From Eledone cirrhosa (lineage: Eukaryota), in assembly GCA_964016885.1 (NCBI GenBank), contig OZ024741.1:372682001-372746000 (forward strand): a stretch of 64,000 bases of DNA. The letters are read 5' to 3'. Both the position numbers and the translations under genes were made by a program. Every line of letters starts with the position of its first letter. Within the stretch, counting starts at the first letter, position 1. Below the pieces are notes generated by a model. That model did not search any database. It worked only from the letters and a program-made list of their open reading frames with translations, and had not been told where the DNA came from. Positions 1 to 13,135 of this stretch are shown piece after piece.

Positions 1-125
1 TATATATACAAAGATCGGAATTAAGAGTATTCCGCAGTTCACTGTAATAATAATAATAGTATTAGCTCAAAGAAGAATAGAGAATTTCCTTCTGAGCTCA
101 AATGCAAATATATTTGCATTATATA

Positions 126-301
126 TTGGTAGTATCGGTAGAGTGTCGGACGCCTTGCTTTCCAGCATAGTTACGTCCCTTTACGATCTGAGTTCAAATC
201 CCGCCGAGGTTGACTTTGCCTTTCATCCTTACGGGGTCGATAAAATAAAGTACCAGTAATGCACTGGGTAATTGCTGGCCCTGTGCCTAAAGTAGAAACA
301 A
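126..301 (+). mobile_element. tRNA-derived SINE (Nin/Deu-domain type)
   Basis: A-box-like TGGTAGTATCGGTAG, B-box GAGTTCAAATCC, core GCCTTTCATCCTTACGGGGTCGATAAAATAAAGTACCAG. Same family recurs at 3466, 8479 and 10230. Confidence 0.8.
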
Positions 302-328
302 TTATATATATATATATATATGATGATC

Positions 329-544
329 GCTAGGTGAAGAAGTGCCAGGAAATGCCAGTAGAAGGAAGCCACAGAAGAGGTAGACCAAGGAAGACCTGAG
401 TGGAGATAGTAAGAGCTAGTCTCAAATCACCGAGACTCTCAGAGGCAATGATGAAGGAATGAGGCGAGTGGAGAGATGCTATCCTTAAAAGAATCTGTCT
501 AACCCATGCAAGCATGGAAAAATGGATGTAAGAACGATGATGAT
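329..544 (+). mobile_element. RTE LINE 3' fragment
   Basis: Degenerate [17 protein letters not shown] coding end, CCATGCAAGCATGG stem-loop and (GAT)n tail. Confidence 0.8.
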
Positions 545-869
545 ATGTACACACACACATATATATATGTGTGCGTGTATGTATATATATGGGGGGGGGG
601 GGGGTTATGTATGTGTTGGGAGCATTTTTTGTAGCAGCAGTACTATTAACTTACAAGGGTAAAACAAAAACAACCTTATTGTTAGATTGTTTTTTGTAGA
701 GACAGACTAGCTTAATGGATAATGTGTAGGATAATCAGTTGACATCTGTTCTAGGTGTTTTAGTGTTTCATTGGGACAAGGCACTTTATTTCACATGCCA
801 CCATTTATTTGGGAAAGAGATGTAACCAGATTAACATCATATATTGATATATTTCATTTCTACCCACAG

Positions 870-972
870 GTATGGACCTTTAAGCAGTGTACGTTGTTTA
901 CCTGACAGGTTTTGTGCTTTTATAAATTTTAAAACTAAAGAATCAGCTGGTAAAGCTATGAATTCTTTACAG
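870..972 (+). CDS. Host gene internal exon, RRM domain (TTC31-like RRM + CCCH protein)
   Basis: Pyrimidine tract plus CAG acceptor at 867-869 and GTAAAT donor at 973. Translates YGPLSSVRCLPDRFCAFINFKTKESAGKAMNSLQ, with an RNP1-like FCAFINF. Ends in phase 0. Confidence 0.85.
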
Positions 973-1334
973 GTAAATAACTCTGTTTTTATCCCTCTAT
1001 TATCACCACCATAGTCTTCTTTTTGTATCCTTTACCATCACCTCCAGAGTCCTCTTATTTGAAACTCATTTAACATTTGTTTCTCACTCTTTTCCTCTCT
1101 TTCTGTCTATATTTATGTTTCCATGTATGTTTATGTATTTTCCATTCCTTCATCTTCTCATTCTCTATCTTTCTGTTTCATCTTTTATTTCTCATTCTAT
1201 CTGTTGATGAAGGACTATTGTCCGAAACATTGACTCTTTTCGTACTATATCAAGCATTAAATTAATATTCTTCATAGTACTGTGTTGTTTGCTTTGTTAT
1301 TTCTGTTTACTTTTTGCATACACACATGTATGTA

Positions 1335-1820
1335 TCATCATCATCATCATCATCGTTTAACGTCCATCTTCCATGCTTGCATGGGTTTGGACGGGAGTTT
1401 TCCCACTTGAGGCAAGATTGGTTGTCTTGCTCGTATAGGACTGTCTGGCGGGTTTTCTACGGCTGGATGCCCTTCCTAACACCAACCACGTTTACAGTGT
1501 GGGGCTGGGAGGTTTTTACCGTGTTGCCTACACGGCCACATTACAGCATGGACTGTGTGTCTTTTTGTCGTGACACCTACACGACCTCATTTGTTTCGGA
1601 CTGGATGTTGTGGTACTAACATAACTTCACATTGAAGGGGTGGTGTGGCTGGGATGGGGGTAGTGGGACAGGGGTGTATTTTTGTTAGAGGTGCCTACTG
1701 ACTAGGTTTCGCTTTGTACTTAGGCAAGGCGGGTCTTCTGTATTACTGTGTAGCGCCAAAGATCTCAGTCCAGTGACATTGTCTTGGAGAGGTGTAAGTG
1801 TGTGAGGTCGGAATTTATCA
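1335..1820 (-). mobile_element. RTE family B 3' end
   Basis: Reverse complement of 29373-29864 (INSDLTHLHLSKTMSLD plus 3' UTR); (CAT)n tail at left and (TA)n at the truncation. Confidence 0.85.
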
Positions 1821-1864
1821 TGTATATATACATATATTTATATATATATATCATAATCATTGTA

Positions 1865-1929
<65 letters not shown>

Positions 1930-2097
1930 TGGGTAACAAATTATTGTTATAGGTAGTCCACTTAGGTGTAGTCCAGTTATGGTACTCCGGGTAGTGGATG
2001 ATATCAACGCTTGACTAAGTTTGACTCAACAAGGCGTTTCCATAGTGATGCTGCGAGTACGCTGTAATTCCTATGTTGTAAACACTTGGAGTAATAA

Positions 2098-2617
2098 TAA
2101 ATCAGGAAAGAAGAGTGACACGGTTTGCTATACAAAAAAGGTTTTTAATCTCATTGCTGACAATTGTTTCTCTGAACTGGTAGGTCTAGAGATCGCTATC
2201 CGCCTATTTTCACGTTACTCGATTGCCAATACAAAGTTATAACCAGTCAGTTCATCGGAGCTTGCGAGAATGAAAAGAATATACAGGCATGAAAAGAATA
2301 TACAGGCTACTATATGTAGTAGTAATTCAGTCAGAACAATAACAACAATATCAACAATGCTAGCAATAAATTATTTGAAATAATCATATCAATCTAGGTG
2401 GGAAGTATAGTATCTCTACGATTTTAGCGTGTATATTCTTTTCATTCTCGCAAGCTCCGATGAACTGACTGGTTATAACTTTGTATTGGCGATCGAGTAA
2501 TGTGAAAATAAGCGGATAGCGATCTCTAGACCTACCAGTTCAGAGAAACAATTGTCAGCAATGAGATTAAAAACCTTTTTTGTATAGCAAACCGTGTCAC
2601 TCTTCTTTCCTGATTTA
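2098..2617. repeat. Inverted repeat (arms 2098-2285 / 2430-2617) with hammerhead-like motifs; probable PLE pLTR fragment
   Basis: About 188-bp arms are near reverse complements. Motif GCT-CCGATGA-...-GAAAC-AATT-GTC-AGC at 2454-2559 (+) and 2156-2261 (-). (TA)n on both flanks. Confidence 0.75.
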
Positions 2618-2631
2618 TATATATATATATT

Positions 2632-2662
<31 letters not shown>

Positions 2663-2736
2663 ATCTGTGTGTCATGCTAGCATGGAAGAATGGATGTTAA
2701 TGGTGATGATTTGTGTGTGTGTGTGTATATATATAT

Positions 2737-3074
2737 ATCATCATTTCATCATTTCATTTTACGTCCGCTTTTCCCTGCTTGCAAGGGTGGGACGGGAACT
2801 GATTCTGGCTTGATTTCTACAGCTAGATGCCCTTCCTAACACCAACCTCATTTACAGTGAGTGCTGGGTGCTTTTTTCCGTGACACCTCCACGTCCACTT
2901 TACAGTGGAATGATCTGGACCCCAGTCCCTATCATCTCATTTCTACATATGAGTAAACTGGAGCAATGTGAAATAAAGTGTCTTGTTCAAGGAAGACACA
3001 TCACCCGGTCTGAGAATTGAACTCACAACCTTTTGATTGCAAGGCCAATGATCTATCCAGTAAGCCATGTGCCT

Positions 3075-3078
<4 letters not shown>
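2737..3078 (-). mobile_element. tRNA-head SINE with RTE family A 3' tail
   Basis: On -: tRNA-like head (GAGTTCAATTC B-box), CTTGAACAAGACACTTTATTTCAC body, GGAAGGGCATC motif, then the last ~40 nt of RTE-A (CCCACCCTTGCAAGCAGGGAAAAGCGGACGTAAAA) and (GAT)n. Second copy at 30501-30864. Confidence 0.8.
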
Positions 3079-3125
<47 letters not shown>

Positions 3126-3465
3126 AAAAAGTCAAGAGTATGAAATTATTATTCATTCTTTCATTTTTACGCAAGATTTAATACCACATCCATTTGCAGA
3201 AACGACCGGAAATTATCAATTAACAATTATCTATATCATGGGTGTTATATCCCAACTGTATATCTTCAGGAAATCTTATACAGAACGAAAATAAGAGGTT
3301 TAACTTCACAATGTTTAAAGAATCAAATAAAGCAATTTCAAGACATCAAAATACATACCACGTTAAAGCAGGCAATAAGATTCAAATGCATGAATTCAAG
3401 TAGCAGAGCATTTAAAATTCAAATTTTAAGAAAGCTAAGGATGGGATATTATTATTTATTTATAA

Positions 3466-3642
3466 GGGATTGGCACTATCGGTAGAGCGTCAGACACCAT
3501 GTTTTGCAACCTAGAGTTATGGCCCTTTATGTTCTGAGTTCAAATCCCACCGAGGTTAGCTTTGCTTTTCATCCTAACAAGGTGGATAAAATAAAACACC
3601 AGTAATGCACTGGGGTAATTGCAGGCCTTGTGCCAAAAGTAG
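3466..3642 (+). mobile_element. tRNA-derived SINE (Nin/Deu type)
   Basis: Same family as 126-301; TATTTATTTATA direct repeats on both sides (TSD). Confidence 0.8.
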
Positions 3643-3833
3643 TATTTATTTATACATCTCTATGAATGTTTCAACACGGCTAGAATATCACATCCATTTG
3701 TGCTGAAACTGGAGACTGCCAGTTAACAATTAACTCCAAAATGGGTGCTTTATCCCGGCGTATCTCTTGATTTAATTGTTGACTGGTAATCTCCAGTTTC
3801 TCCATAAATGGATGCAATATTCTATGGATGCTG

Positions 3834-4495
3834 CCAATAAAAACATGCACCTGTTGATTTTCACTTCAATTTATCATAAGCTTTCAGTTGGTTAGTTTAA
3901 TAACCAGATGGTTGTTTATTTGTTTATTGTAAAAGCTCTATCATCACTCACTCTGTGATCTTCCCAGTGAGTAATTTGTTATTTTGTGCCTCTCCTTTGT
4001 TATCTGGTTACTTCCTCTATCTAGGTGTGCCTGGTTTGTTTCATTAGTTTGCTTCTTGAGTGTCTCTGTATGTCTTTATCCTATCCTTAGTTACTAGTTG
4101 TGATGTTGTTATTCCACTCTTGTTTTCTGTTTAGTTTTGGTTGGAGTTCATTTATGTTTATCACTTCTGTAATCTGTCGGCGCATTGCATCTTTTCTGTG
4201 TGTGGATATGATTTTTAATTTTATGTACTCTAGTGTGCCTCAATGTTCCATTCTGGCATGTTGGTGGAGTACTCATCTGTACTCCACCAACAAAGGAGAG
4301 ACACAAAATAACAAATTAGTCATTGAGGAGGTTACAGAATGTCTGACATAAGAGCTTTGACCATAAACAAATAAATTGAAGTAAAAACTAACAGGTGTAT
4401 GTGTTTTTATTGGTAGAATGACCCTCCCAAAGTATAACAATATCTGTTTCAACACATTTTCAGATAAACCTTGCAAAACAAATACAAAAATGAAG
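3834..4495. mobile_element. Diverged PLE terminal fragment with inverted arms (3834-4002 / 4289-4414)
   Basis: Imperfect inverted arms. 4418-4478 matches the terminus of the PLE at 33384-35060 (ATGACCCTCCC.AAGTATAACAATAT). Confidence 0.6.
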
Positions 4496-4876
4496 TGTAT
4501 ATATATATATATATATATAATTGATGTTGGATGCTTAAAGCGTCCGTATACGGTAGGCCGTATGAGCACTCGATGCCCTCGTAGAGCAGAGTATGATATC
4601 ACAGAAAAAAGAGAATCAGTGTTACGACGAAAGTTTGATCACGACATCGATTGTGCCTCGAGCTGGTTGCCCGAGAAACAATTGTAATATGTCCAATAAA
4701 TTCCTTTCGTCACAACACTGATTCTCTTTTTTCTGTGATATATATATATACACACACACACACTGCTGGATATATTATTTATGGAGTAGATAAACAAATA
4801 TCATCATCTGCCTTTGTAGTGATCATATGAAGAAGTTTCTGGTGACTGATCCATACACACATACAGTGTATATATA

Positions 4877-5656
4877 TCATCATCACCATCATTTTACGCC
4901 CGCTCTTCCCTGCTCGCAAGGGTGGGACGGGTCTTATTCAGCACAGCATCTCTCCACTCGTCACAGTCCTTCGTCATCTCCACCGTGAGCTTCAACGATC
5001 TGAGGTCTGTTCTCATTACCTCCGCCCATGTTTTTCGTGGTCTACCTCTACCACGTCTTCCTTCAACTGGCATTTCCTGGCACTTCTTCACCCAGCGGTC
5101 ATCCTCTATGCGCATCACATCTCCATACCACCTCAGTCTCCTCTCTCGTACACTACATTCTATCCCTCTCAGACACAGTTTCTCTCTCAACACATTCATG
5201 CTGGGTCGTTCACGCACATTTACACTGCACATCCAACGGAGCATGCTTGCCTCATTTCTCTCCAGCCGTCGTATATCCTCTGCAGTTGCTGCCCATGTCT
5301 CACTACCATGCAGCATCGCGCTCCTCACACAGGCATCATACAACTGGCCTTTCGTACGCAAGGAGAAACCCTTCTTCGTCAGCAGAGGAAGCATCTCCCT
5401 AAACTTCTTCCAACCCGTCCTTATTCTAGATAGTATGGCCTCGGAACACCCTCCTCCCATGCTAATCTGATCTCCTAGGTATCGGAAGCTATCCACCACT
5501 TCTATAGCACCCTCCTGCATTTGAAAAATGTGTCTATCAATGCGACTTCTACTGTCTAATTTCCCTGTACATCTACTGCATACATATTTCTCCCTACCTG
5601 TTAGTTTGCCTGCTATCCCGCTACATCTCTTGTGTACCCAGGATCTGCATTGTGTG

Positions 5657-5662
<6 letters not shown>
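4877..5662 (-). mobile_element. RTE family A, 5'-truncated
   Basis: ORF 4894-5808 (valid to ~5660): [46 protein letters not shown]. (CAT)n tail; truncated at (TA)n. Confidence 0.9.
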
Positions 5663-5693
<31 letters not shown>

Positions 5694-5789
5694 GGGAAGC
5701 AGCACGGAAGTATATACTTCCATGCTTATGTTTTTTTCTATAACCTTTGTTTTGTAGGAACCCTACCCCCTTTTCAAATATATATATGT

Positions 5790-6428
5790 GGGAAGGCCCT
5801 TCAGCCATGTCCTGTGCATGACAGCCACCCTAGTGTTTGGTGATCTACACAATAAACGCACCCAATACACACTGTATAGTGGTTGGTGATAGGAAGGGTA
5901 TCCAGCTATAGAAAGCTTGCCAAAAAAGGGTTGTGTGGACCCTCCAGCCATGTCAAGGACGTGACAGCTTCCCTAGTGTTTGGTGACCTACACAATAAAC
6001 ACACCCAGTACATGCTGTAAAGTGGTTGGTGATAGGAAGGGCATCCAGTTATAGAAAGTTTGCCAGACAAGGGGTTGAGAGGACCCTTCAACCGTGTCAA
6101 GGACACGGCAACTTCCATAGCATTGGTTATCTATATGATAAAAGCACCCAGTACATGCTGTAAAATGGTTGATGATAGGAAGGGCATCCAGCCATAGAAA
6201 TCTTGCTAAAAATGGGTTGGGAGAACCCTCAGTTGTGTCAAAAACATGACAACCTGTCCTGTACACTCAGTGGAGCATTGAGCCCACATAAAGCGAGACC
6301 CAGATCCCTGGTCTACCTGAGAGATCAATGGTTCTGCTTGAATATTGACATGGTCTATGTATACCTGTACAACCTTTGCTAGCAGGGAAAGCAGACATTA
6401 AAATGATAACGACAATGATGATGATGAT
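5790..6428 (+). mobile_element. Non-autonomous RTE-derived element with three ~145-bp internal tandem units
   Basis: GGTGATAGGAAGGGCATCCAG..ATAGAAA-like motif at ~5886, ~6028 and ~6170. Ends in an RTE-like tail CTTTGCTAGCAGGGAAAGCAGACATTAAAATGAT(GAT)n. Confidence 0.6.
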
Positions 6429-7213
6429 ATATCTATATATGTATGTTTATATATATAAACAAAGAAAACATTTCATGAACCATTGATCAAATTTGAATTC
6501 TGAAAGTATGTTAGATTACATAAAACTAACATACTTTCAATCAATCAATCAATATATATATATATATATATGTGATCTGCTTCTTTAGAGTTTCTGGGCA
6601 TCACATTCACTGACAAGGCATTGGTTGACCAAAGGCTGTAGTAGAATACACTTATCCAAGATATCACGCTCTCTCATTAAACCCCAATCCATGTGGTTCC
6701 AAAAAGAACTTCACAACCATGCAACCTTGCCTTTATTATAAAATTAGAGAAATTTATTAACAGCTTATGTAAAATTTTGAAACCAGTTAGATTAATTCTA
6801 AATGTCCTCTACCACATGAAACTGCTTTAACAAGACAGCCTTGAAAAGTACAAAACAGCATTTTATATTCATTTTTTCATGTTTGCATTAAAGAATATTA
6901 AAGTCATAACTCTAATATAGCAAATTTTCACAATAATTTGTCCGTTAGTAAAAATACTATAAACAAACCCCGTTTTTAAATATTTTCTGCTAAATAAACA
7001 TTAAGCATGTGTATACAAGCCGGCTCACTATTAATTCAGTTGAACAGCAATTGTGAGAAATAGGACAGAAGAAGCTATATCTTTCTACAGGTCAAAGCTG
7101 CAGTTTTTGTAGAAAGCAGATAGCCCAAGTTATGATGACACTCCAAGTGGATTTTCTGCAACAGGCTTCAATGTTTAGTTTTTTTCATTCATCTATTGGT
7201 TGTAATTATTGTT

Positions 7214-7433
7214 TAACCCTTTAGCATTTACATTACACGATATATACTATTATATTTTTGTGGGAAAGGCTTTATCTTACATAATTATCTCACATAATAT
7301 CGAATCTATGAGATTTTGATGTTATTTATTTTGATACAATACCTTAACATCAGTTTGAGCAGCCAGTTACAGTTGGTTTGAACAGAAAGAGGTAAGAAAA
7401 TTCTGGCCGGATATGGCCAGTTTAAAGGGTCAA
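7214..7433. mobile_element. piggyBac-type MITE
   Basis: TTAA-CCCTTTAG ... TAAAGGG-TCAA termini. Confidence 0.55.
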
Positions 7434-7812
7434 CTTGATCTCATTGTCTCCCCAAAGCTACACATATAAGATATTCACATCAAAAATATATTCTTGATCT
7501 TTTCCATTTTCTTTGTTTTATCTCTTTACATCTTAAAACAGTTTAGTAAAACATGTCTCAGAAAATAGGTTTGTTAATTAAAATGTTGATAGTATCTTTA
7601 CTAGTGGACAGAAAAGTTTTGCGAAAATTCACAATATTAGAGTAAAAACTTTAATTTTTAATGTGATACAGTCATATTAATATACTTTTCAAGATTGTTT
7701 TGCTAACATGGTTTCATGTAGCAAAGTATGTTAAAATTTAAAAAATCTGGAAGCAAAGAATCTAGTTATGGCATTAATACATTGTGCAATCCATGACCTA
7801 TTGTAAATGAAT

Positions 7813-8270
7813 CATCATCATCGTTTTTCTGTCGGTTTTTCCATGCTCGCATGGGCTGGATGGGTCCTTTTCAGCACAGCATCTCTCCACTTGCCACATC
7901 CATTGTCATCATCTCTGAGAGCCTCAGCAATTTGATTTCAGCTCTCACCACCTCTGCTCAGGTCTTCCTTAGTCTACCTCTTCTGCAGCTTCCTTCCACT
8001 GAGATTTCCCGGCACTTCTTTACCCTGTGATCATCACCCATGCGCATCACATGTTCATACCAATGCAGTCTCCTCTCCTGCACACTACTTCTGATTCATC
8101 TTAAACCCAGTTTCTCTCTCAGTTCATCCAAGCTCTGTTTTTCTCTCACATTTACATTGCACATCCAACAAAGCATGGTTGCTTCATTTCTCTCCATCCT
8201 ACACATCCTCTGCAGTCACTGCCCATGTTTCACTACCATGCACAATTGCACTTCACACACAGGCATCATA
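7813..8270 (-). mobile_element. Older RTE 3' fragment
   Basis: Diverged homology to RTE-A 3' coding end; (CAT)n tail. Confidence 0.8.
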
Positions 8271-8375
8271 TAGAATCTGTGACTTATTGTAAATGTACTC
8301 CTTCAAATTAAGATAGCTCATCGAACTATTTACAAGAGGCAATCCAACCAATTTTTTTTTAACATGTTTTAAGAT

Positions 8376-8796
8376 TTAACCTATTTGCAACCATACTTCT
8401 AATGAAATACACTCAATTTCAATTAATTAATGAAGAATTTGAAAGTATTTACTAAAATTATTAATTATTTCATTTCTAGGGCGGTGGATTGGCAGTATCG
8501 GTAGAGGGTCAGACACCATGCTTTGCAGCAAAGAGTTACGGTCCTTTATGTTCAGAGTTCAAATCCCGCCGAGGTTAACTTTGCCTTTCATCCTTACGGG
8601 GGTCGATAAAATAAAGTACCAGTAATACACTGGGATAATTGCTGTCCTTGTGCCAAAAGTAGAAACAATTAATTATTTCATTTCTAAGTTAGCAACTTAA
8701 CACGATTCTTATATAAGATTATGTTGAAAGATTTTAATTTCAATAGGAATGCTTTAAAATGTGTGGTTTGGGACCTGTTGGTATCGAAAGGGTTGA
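8376..8796. mobile_element. piggyBac-type MITE interrupted by a SINE
   Basis: TTAACC.. left end and TTGGTATCGAAAGGG-TTGA right end, the same family as 9271-9506 and 56822-57064. Confidence 0.6.
8479..8667 (+). mobile_element. tRNA-derived SINE with 19-bp TSD
   Basis: GGGCGGTGGATTGGCAGTATCGGTAGAG head, B-box, Nin/Deu core. ATTAATTATTTCATTTCTA duplicated at 8460-8478 and 8668-8686. Confidence 0.9.
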
Positions 8797-8898
8797 TCAT
8801 TGTTGATCTTTTAAACTAAGGACACTAGTTTTTTTCTACTGAAGCATGAGTAAATTGCTGGTGGAGTTTTTCAGCCTTCTTTCTTTTCTCAAGACGGC

Positions 8899-9250
8899 AA
8901 ATTGGCAGAGTCGTTTGAATGTTGGATAGAATGCTTTGCAGTATTCGTTTCTGCTCTCTGAGTTCAAATCCTGCCACGGTCAACTTTGCCTTTCATTCCT
9001 TTTGAGGTCGATAAAAAAAAAGTACCAGTCAAGTACTGGGATAGATTCTTCCTCTATATCTCTTTTTCATTTCCTCTCACTTTTCTATCTTTTCTGGAAG
9101 AAATCTGCTGTATTCAGACCGGGATTGGGATGGATTTTATCAGGTTTAAAATGCCCAAGAAATGTCATATACCACTGCAGTGGCCCTACGACTCCATCAA
9201 GAGTTAGGGGTCCATACCATACATCTTCTCTAATCTGGATTGCTAATTTA
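8899..9250 (+). mobile_element. SINE subfamily with extended 3' part
   Basis: Nin/Deu SINE followed by AGAAATCTGCT.TATTCAGACC...CCCTAC.ACTCC; the same composite recurs at 61040-61390. Confidence 0.65.
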
Positions 9251-9270
9251 GAGCTTTCATATGTATTTTA

Positions 9271-9506
9271 GTTAGCCCTTTCATTGCCATATTTTTAATG
9301 AAATGTTTTGTATTTTAATTAATTATTGAAAAATTTGGGACGAATTTACTAAAATAATTTCATTGAGGTGGTATTTGTAATATAACAAAATATTCTTATA
9401 TAAAATTATGTTGGAAATTTTTAATTTATGTAGGAACCCTTTAAAGTGGGTGGTTTTGTTTCTTAGAAACAGGCAGTTTTGTGTAGGTTGGTATCAAAAG
9501 GGTTAA
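9271..9506. mobile_element. piggyBac-type MITE
   Basis: TTAG-CCCTTTCATTGCCA ... TTGGTATCAAAAGGG-TTAA. Confidence 0.65.
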
Positions 9507-10229
9507 AGGAAGACAATAGTGACAAGATCATGTAGCTTTCAGTTTTACTAAAATCCTGTTTTTACCACAATGGCTCATATTCAGAAACACTTCTAGCCAA
9601 ACTGTTGGAAATTGTACTAGTATACATGCAAAGTCTAACACTGCTATACTAAACATCTGTCACTAAGGTTGGTATCTTTATATAAGAATCAATAATCAGA
9701 CTATCATTGGTTTGAAAAAAGTATTTTATAAAGTTCTTCAATGTTGAATAGAATCATATGTATATTAACAGATTCCAGTACCTGATTAACCCTTTCATTA
9801 CTATATTCCCAATGAAATATATTGCCTTTCTTCATCGAAGTTATTGATATTGATTCTTGAAAGAATTCTGTAAGAATAGAATTCTTTAAGAGTCATATAT
9901 TTTTATCATTAAGGTCAATTTTATCTAGTTTATATTTTATCATTTTGAGACCAGAGTCATTAGCAATATCTGTGAGTGCTTGGAGGTTAAGATAAGAATA
10001 GTATACAATTCCTCAGTAGACAGAGTTTGGCTGTTGCTTCCTGAATTGTTCCACAGCAAGCTGAAAACGAAAGAATATATCCCATTGTATTTAGATGAAA
10101 GCAACAGCTATCACTGTAAAGCTTTCTCTCGTCTGTATCCCACAGTGTTTACTCTTTGTAAAATACCTACTGTTTCTAGTCATCATCCTACATACTTAGC
10201 ATCATCTTCATCATCATTATTTAATGTCT

Positions 10230-10417
10230 TGGGCGGTGGATTGGCAGTATCGGTAGAGGGTCGGACGCCATGCTTTGACGCATAGAGTTGCGGCCCTTGC
10301 CATTCTGAGTTCAAATCCCACTGAGGTTAACTTTGCCTTTCATCCTTACGGAGTCGATGAAATAAAGTACCAGTAATGCACTGGGTAATTGCTGGCCTTG
10401 TGCCAAAAGTAGAAACA
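10230..10417 (+). mobile_element. tRNA-derived SINE with 14-bp TSD, inserted into an RTE-type tail
   Basis: ATTATTTAATGTCT duplicated at 10216-10229 and 10418-10431. Confidence 0.85.
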
Positions 10418-10825
10418 ATTATTTAATGTCTGTTTTCCCTGCTAGCAAGTGTTGGCTGGATTGTCACAGACTGAGTCAGTACTCAAGTGGAGCTACTGAC
10501 CTCTCAGCTAGCCTGGGGGCCTGCATATGCTTCTTTACATTCTCACAATGTACTAGGGACTTAGGTTGGCCTGAGGATTGCATCTCACTAAATGTTCCCA
10601 CAATCTACTGAATGTATTTTATTGTGGCTCCACTAGCAGGGAAACTGTCATGTCTTTGACACAGCTGAAAAGTCCTCCCAATCCTTTATCTAGCAGGTTT
10701 TCTATAGCTGGATGCCCTTCAAGTTTTCCATGTTGGCATAGGTTGGACAGAAGTTTTTGAGGCAATGTTTTACAGCCAGATGTTATTTGTGACACAAACC
10801 CTTATAGTTGCTTCTTTCGACATGT

Positions 10826-11276
10826 GTCATCATCATCATCATCGTTTAACATCCATCTTCCACGCTAGCATGCATCTGGACGGGAATTTTCCCATTTTGA
10901 GGCAAGATTGGTTGTCTTGCTCAGGACTGTCTGGCAGGTTTTCTACGGCTGGATGCCCTTCCTAACACCAACCACGTTTACAGTGTGGACTGGGAGGTTT
11001 TTACTGTGTTACCTACAAGGCCACATTACAGCGTGGATTGTGTGTTTTTTTTGTCGTGACACCTACACGACTTCATTTATTTAGGACTGGATGTTGTGGT
11101 ACCAACATAGCTTTACATCGAAAGGGGTGGTGTAGATGGCGGTGGGATGGGGATGTATTTTGGTTAAGAGGTGTCTACTGACTGTAGGTTTCGCTTTGTA
11201 CTTAGGCAAGGCAGGTCTTCTGTATTACTGTGTAGCGCCAAAGATCTCGGTCCAGTGACATTGTCTTGGAGAGGTG
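10826..11276 (-). mobile_element. RTE family B 3' end
   Basis: Closely similar to 1335-1795. Confidence 0.85.
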
Positions 11277-11687
11277 TGTGTGTGTGAGTACCTATTCAAA
11301 ACCACATAGACATTGCATTAACTGTGAACAAAAGAGAAATAAATCCCACATCAACACAAAGCCTCTATTTGTTTTGCAGTTGCACTCCCAGTCAAGGAGG
11401 GAGTCATTTCTAATAAACTGATCCATAATTACTGTAACCTTGGTAAGACTGCTAATGTGGAATTCAGTACTAAGAATTCTTTCTGAAGTTATTGTTCTAC
11501 AGTACAGTCATCTGGCTCATTTTTTTATGTATTGTTTGTTTTATAGAAGAATTTGTTTAGAGAAGATGGTTTAGCTATGTGCATGTACATATTTTTAATC
11601 CACTTGTCACACATATCTCTAATACTTGAACTAAATGTCAACTTCTTTCAACACTCTTTTGTATAAAACTATTACTATGATTGTTCA

Positions 11688-11726
<39 letters not shown>

Positions 11727-11765
11727 TTTTCTATTTTCATTTGCCTTATTTCCTTTAACTTACAG

Positions 11766-11878
11766 GGAGTGGAATGTGGTGGCCAAAAATTATTGATAAA
11801 ATTTCCTGATAATCCAATAATTAATGTAGGAAATGTCACAATACTAAAACCTTCTACTTCTAATAATAACAACAAAAG
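11766..11878 (+). CDS. Host gene exon, end of RRM plus linker
   Basis: TTACAG acceptor, GTAAGT donor. Translates GVECGGQKLLIKFPDNPIINVGNVTILKPSTSNNNNK(R), continuing the RRM (..SLQ|GVECGGQKLLIKF). Phase 0 start and phase 2 end match both neighbouring exons. Confidence 0.85.
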
Positions 11879-13135
11879 GTAAGTTTCTCCTGTTCCTCTC
11901 TTCCACATTCTTGCATGTGTAGTTACTCTGCTTACATAGCTCTTAGTTTACATGCTCTATTGACATGGTACAAACTGGTCTTCTGGAAAATATATATTCC
12001 AGCCCAACTAAAATAGCTTAATTTTAATGAATAAAATATTTTCATAAATTTCTTTAATTATTAGATAGATGAATTGCAGCAAATTGGCAGAGTTATTAGA
12101 GTATCAGTTTTTTTTCCTGTTTCCTGAAACTGAGTTGAAATACCACTGAGGTTAACTTTGCTTTTTGTTCTTTGTATGGAGATGGGGGTTGGGTGATAAA
12201 TATAGACTCATTTGAGGGGGCAGTAGATTGGTGGAATTATTAAAAAGCTAGACAAGATGCTTTGTGTTAGACACACATAAAGTCTACCTTCTGTATAGTT
12301 CTGTCTTAATAAATCTACAAACTATCTAAATGTTATATCTTTATATGGTTTATTCAAATATTGAACATATATAAGCAAAATAAAAACAGTACTCACTACA
12401 TAAAGTAGAGTTACATTGAATATTCAAGTGTCTTTTGTGGTTATGAAAACGGAAAAGGTAGAGAAAGGCAAGGGCTCTAGTGTCACAGGATAAGGAGGAG
12501 GGTAATGGGCTCTGGGCAGCAGCATTGAGGTTGTGCCCCACGGTCAAGACCACAAAAGCATTCCCGCGGACAATGACCAGCGACACCTGTTACAACACAA
12601 CAGTCATCTGACCTCATGGGGCTCCTTCCTCAGACGGGCCACTGATGCCAACCACATTTATAGTGTGTGCTGGGTACTTTTTGTCGTGACACTTACACAA
12701 CCACTTTACAGTGTGGACTGGGTGCTTTTGTTGTGACACCTACATGACCACTATTTAGTGTGGGATGGGCACTTTTGTCATGGCTCCAGTGGGGGATCAC
12801 TTTATGGAGGGGGTGAGGAAGATGCATGGGGAAATTTGGGACATGGGTATAGGGGTAAGATGATTGCGGAGGAGATGGTAGGGGAAGGTGTTTGTTAATC
12901 AAATATTTACAGTATCTTTACTAGTGGACAGATCGTAATGAAAATATACTGTAAACTAAAGTAAAGACTTTTAATATGATGTAGTATAGGGCACTAAGAA
13001 TTAATCATCCCTACCACATGACCCTATTTCCCTCTCCTTCTATGTCCACTTTATTAGCACCACCCTCTACACTCCACCAGTTTCATCTTGTATATAATTT
13101 GTTCTAATCTTGATATTGTTTCTCTCTTCCACTAG

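Noticed and set aside
126-210. tRNA genes at SINE heads
   Set aside because: A and B boxes are present but no complete cloverleaf, and they run into SINE bodies with TSDs.
4922-5470. Recurrent + strand ORFs ([11 protein letters not shown]..., MFFVVYLYH...), also at 43365, 47563 and 58098
   Set aside because: Antisense shadows of the RTE ORF.
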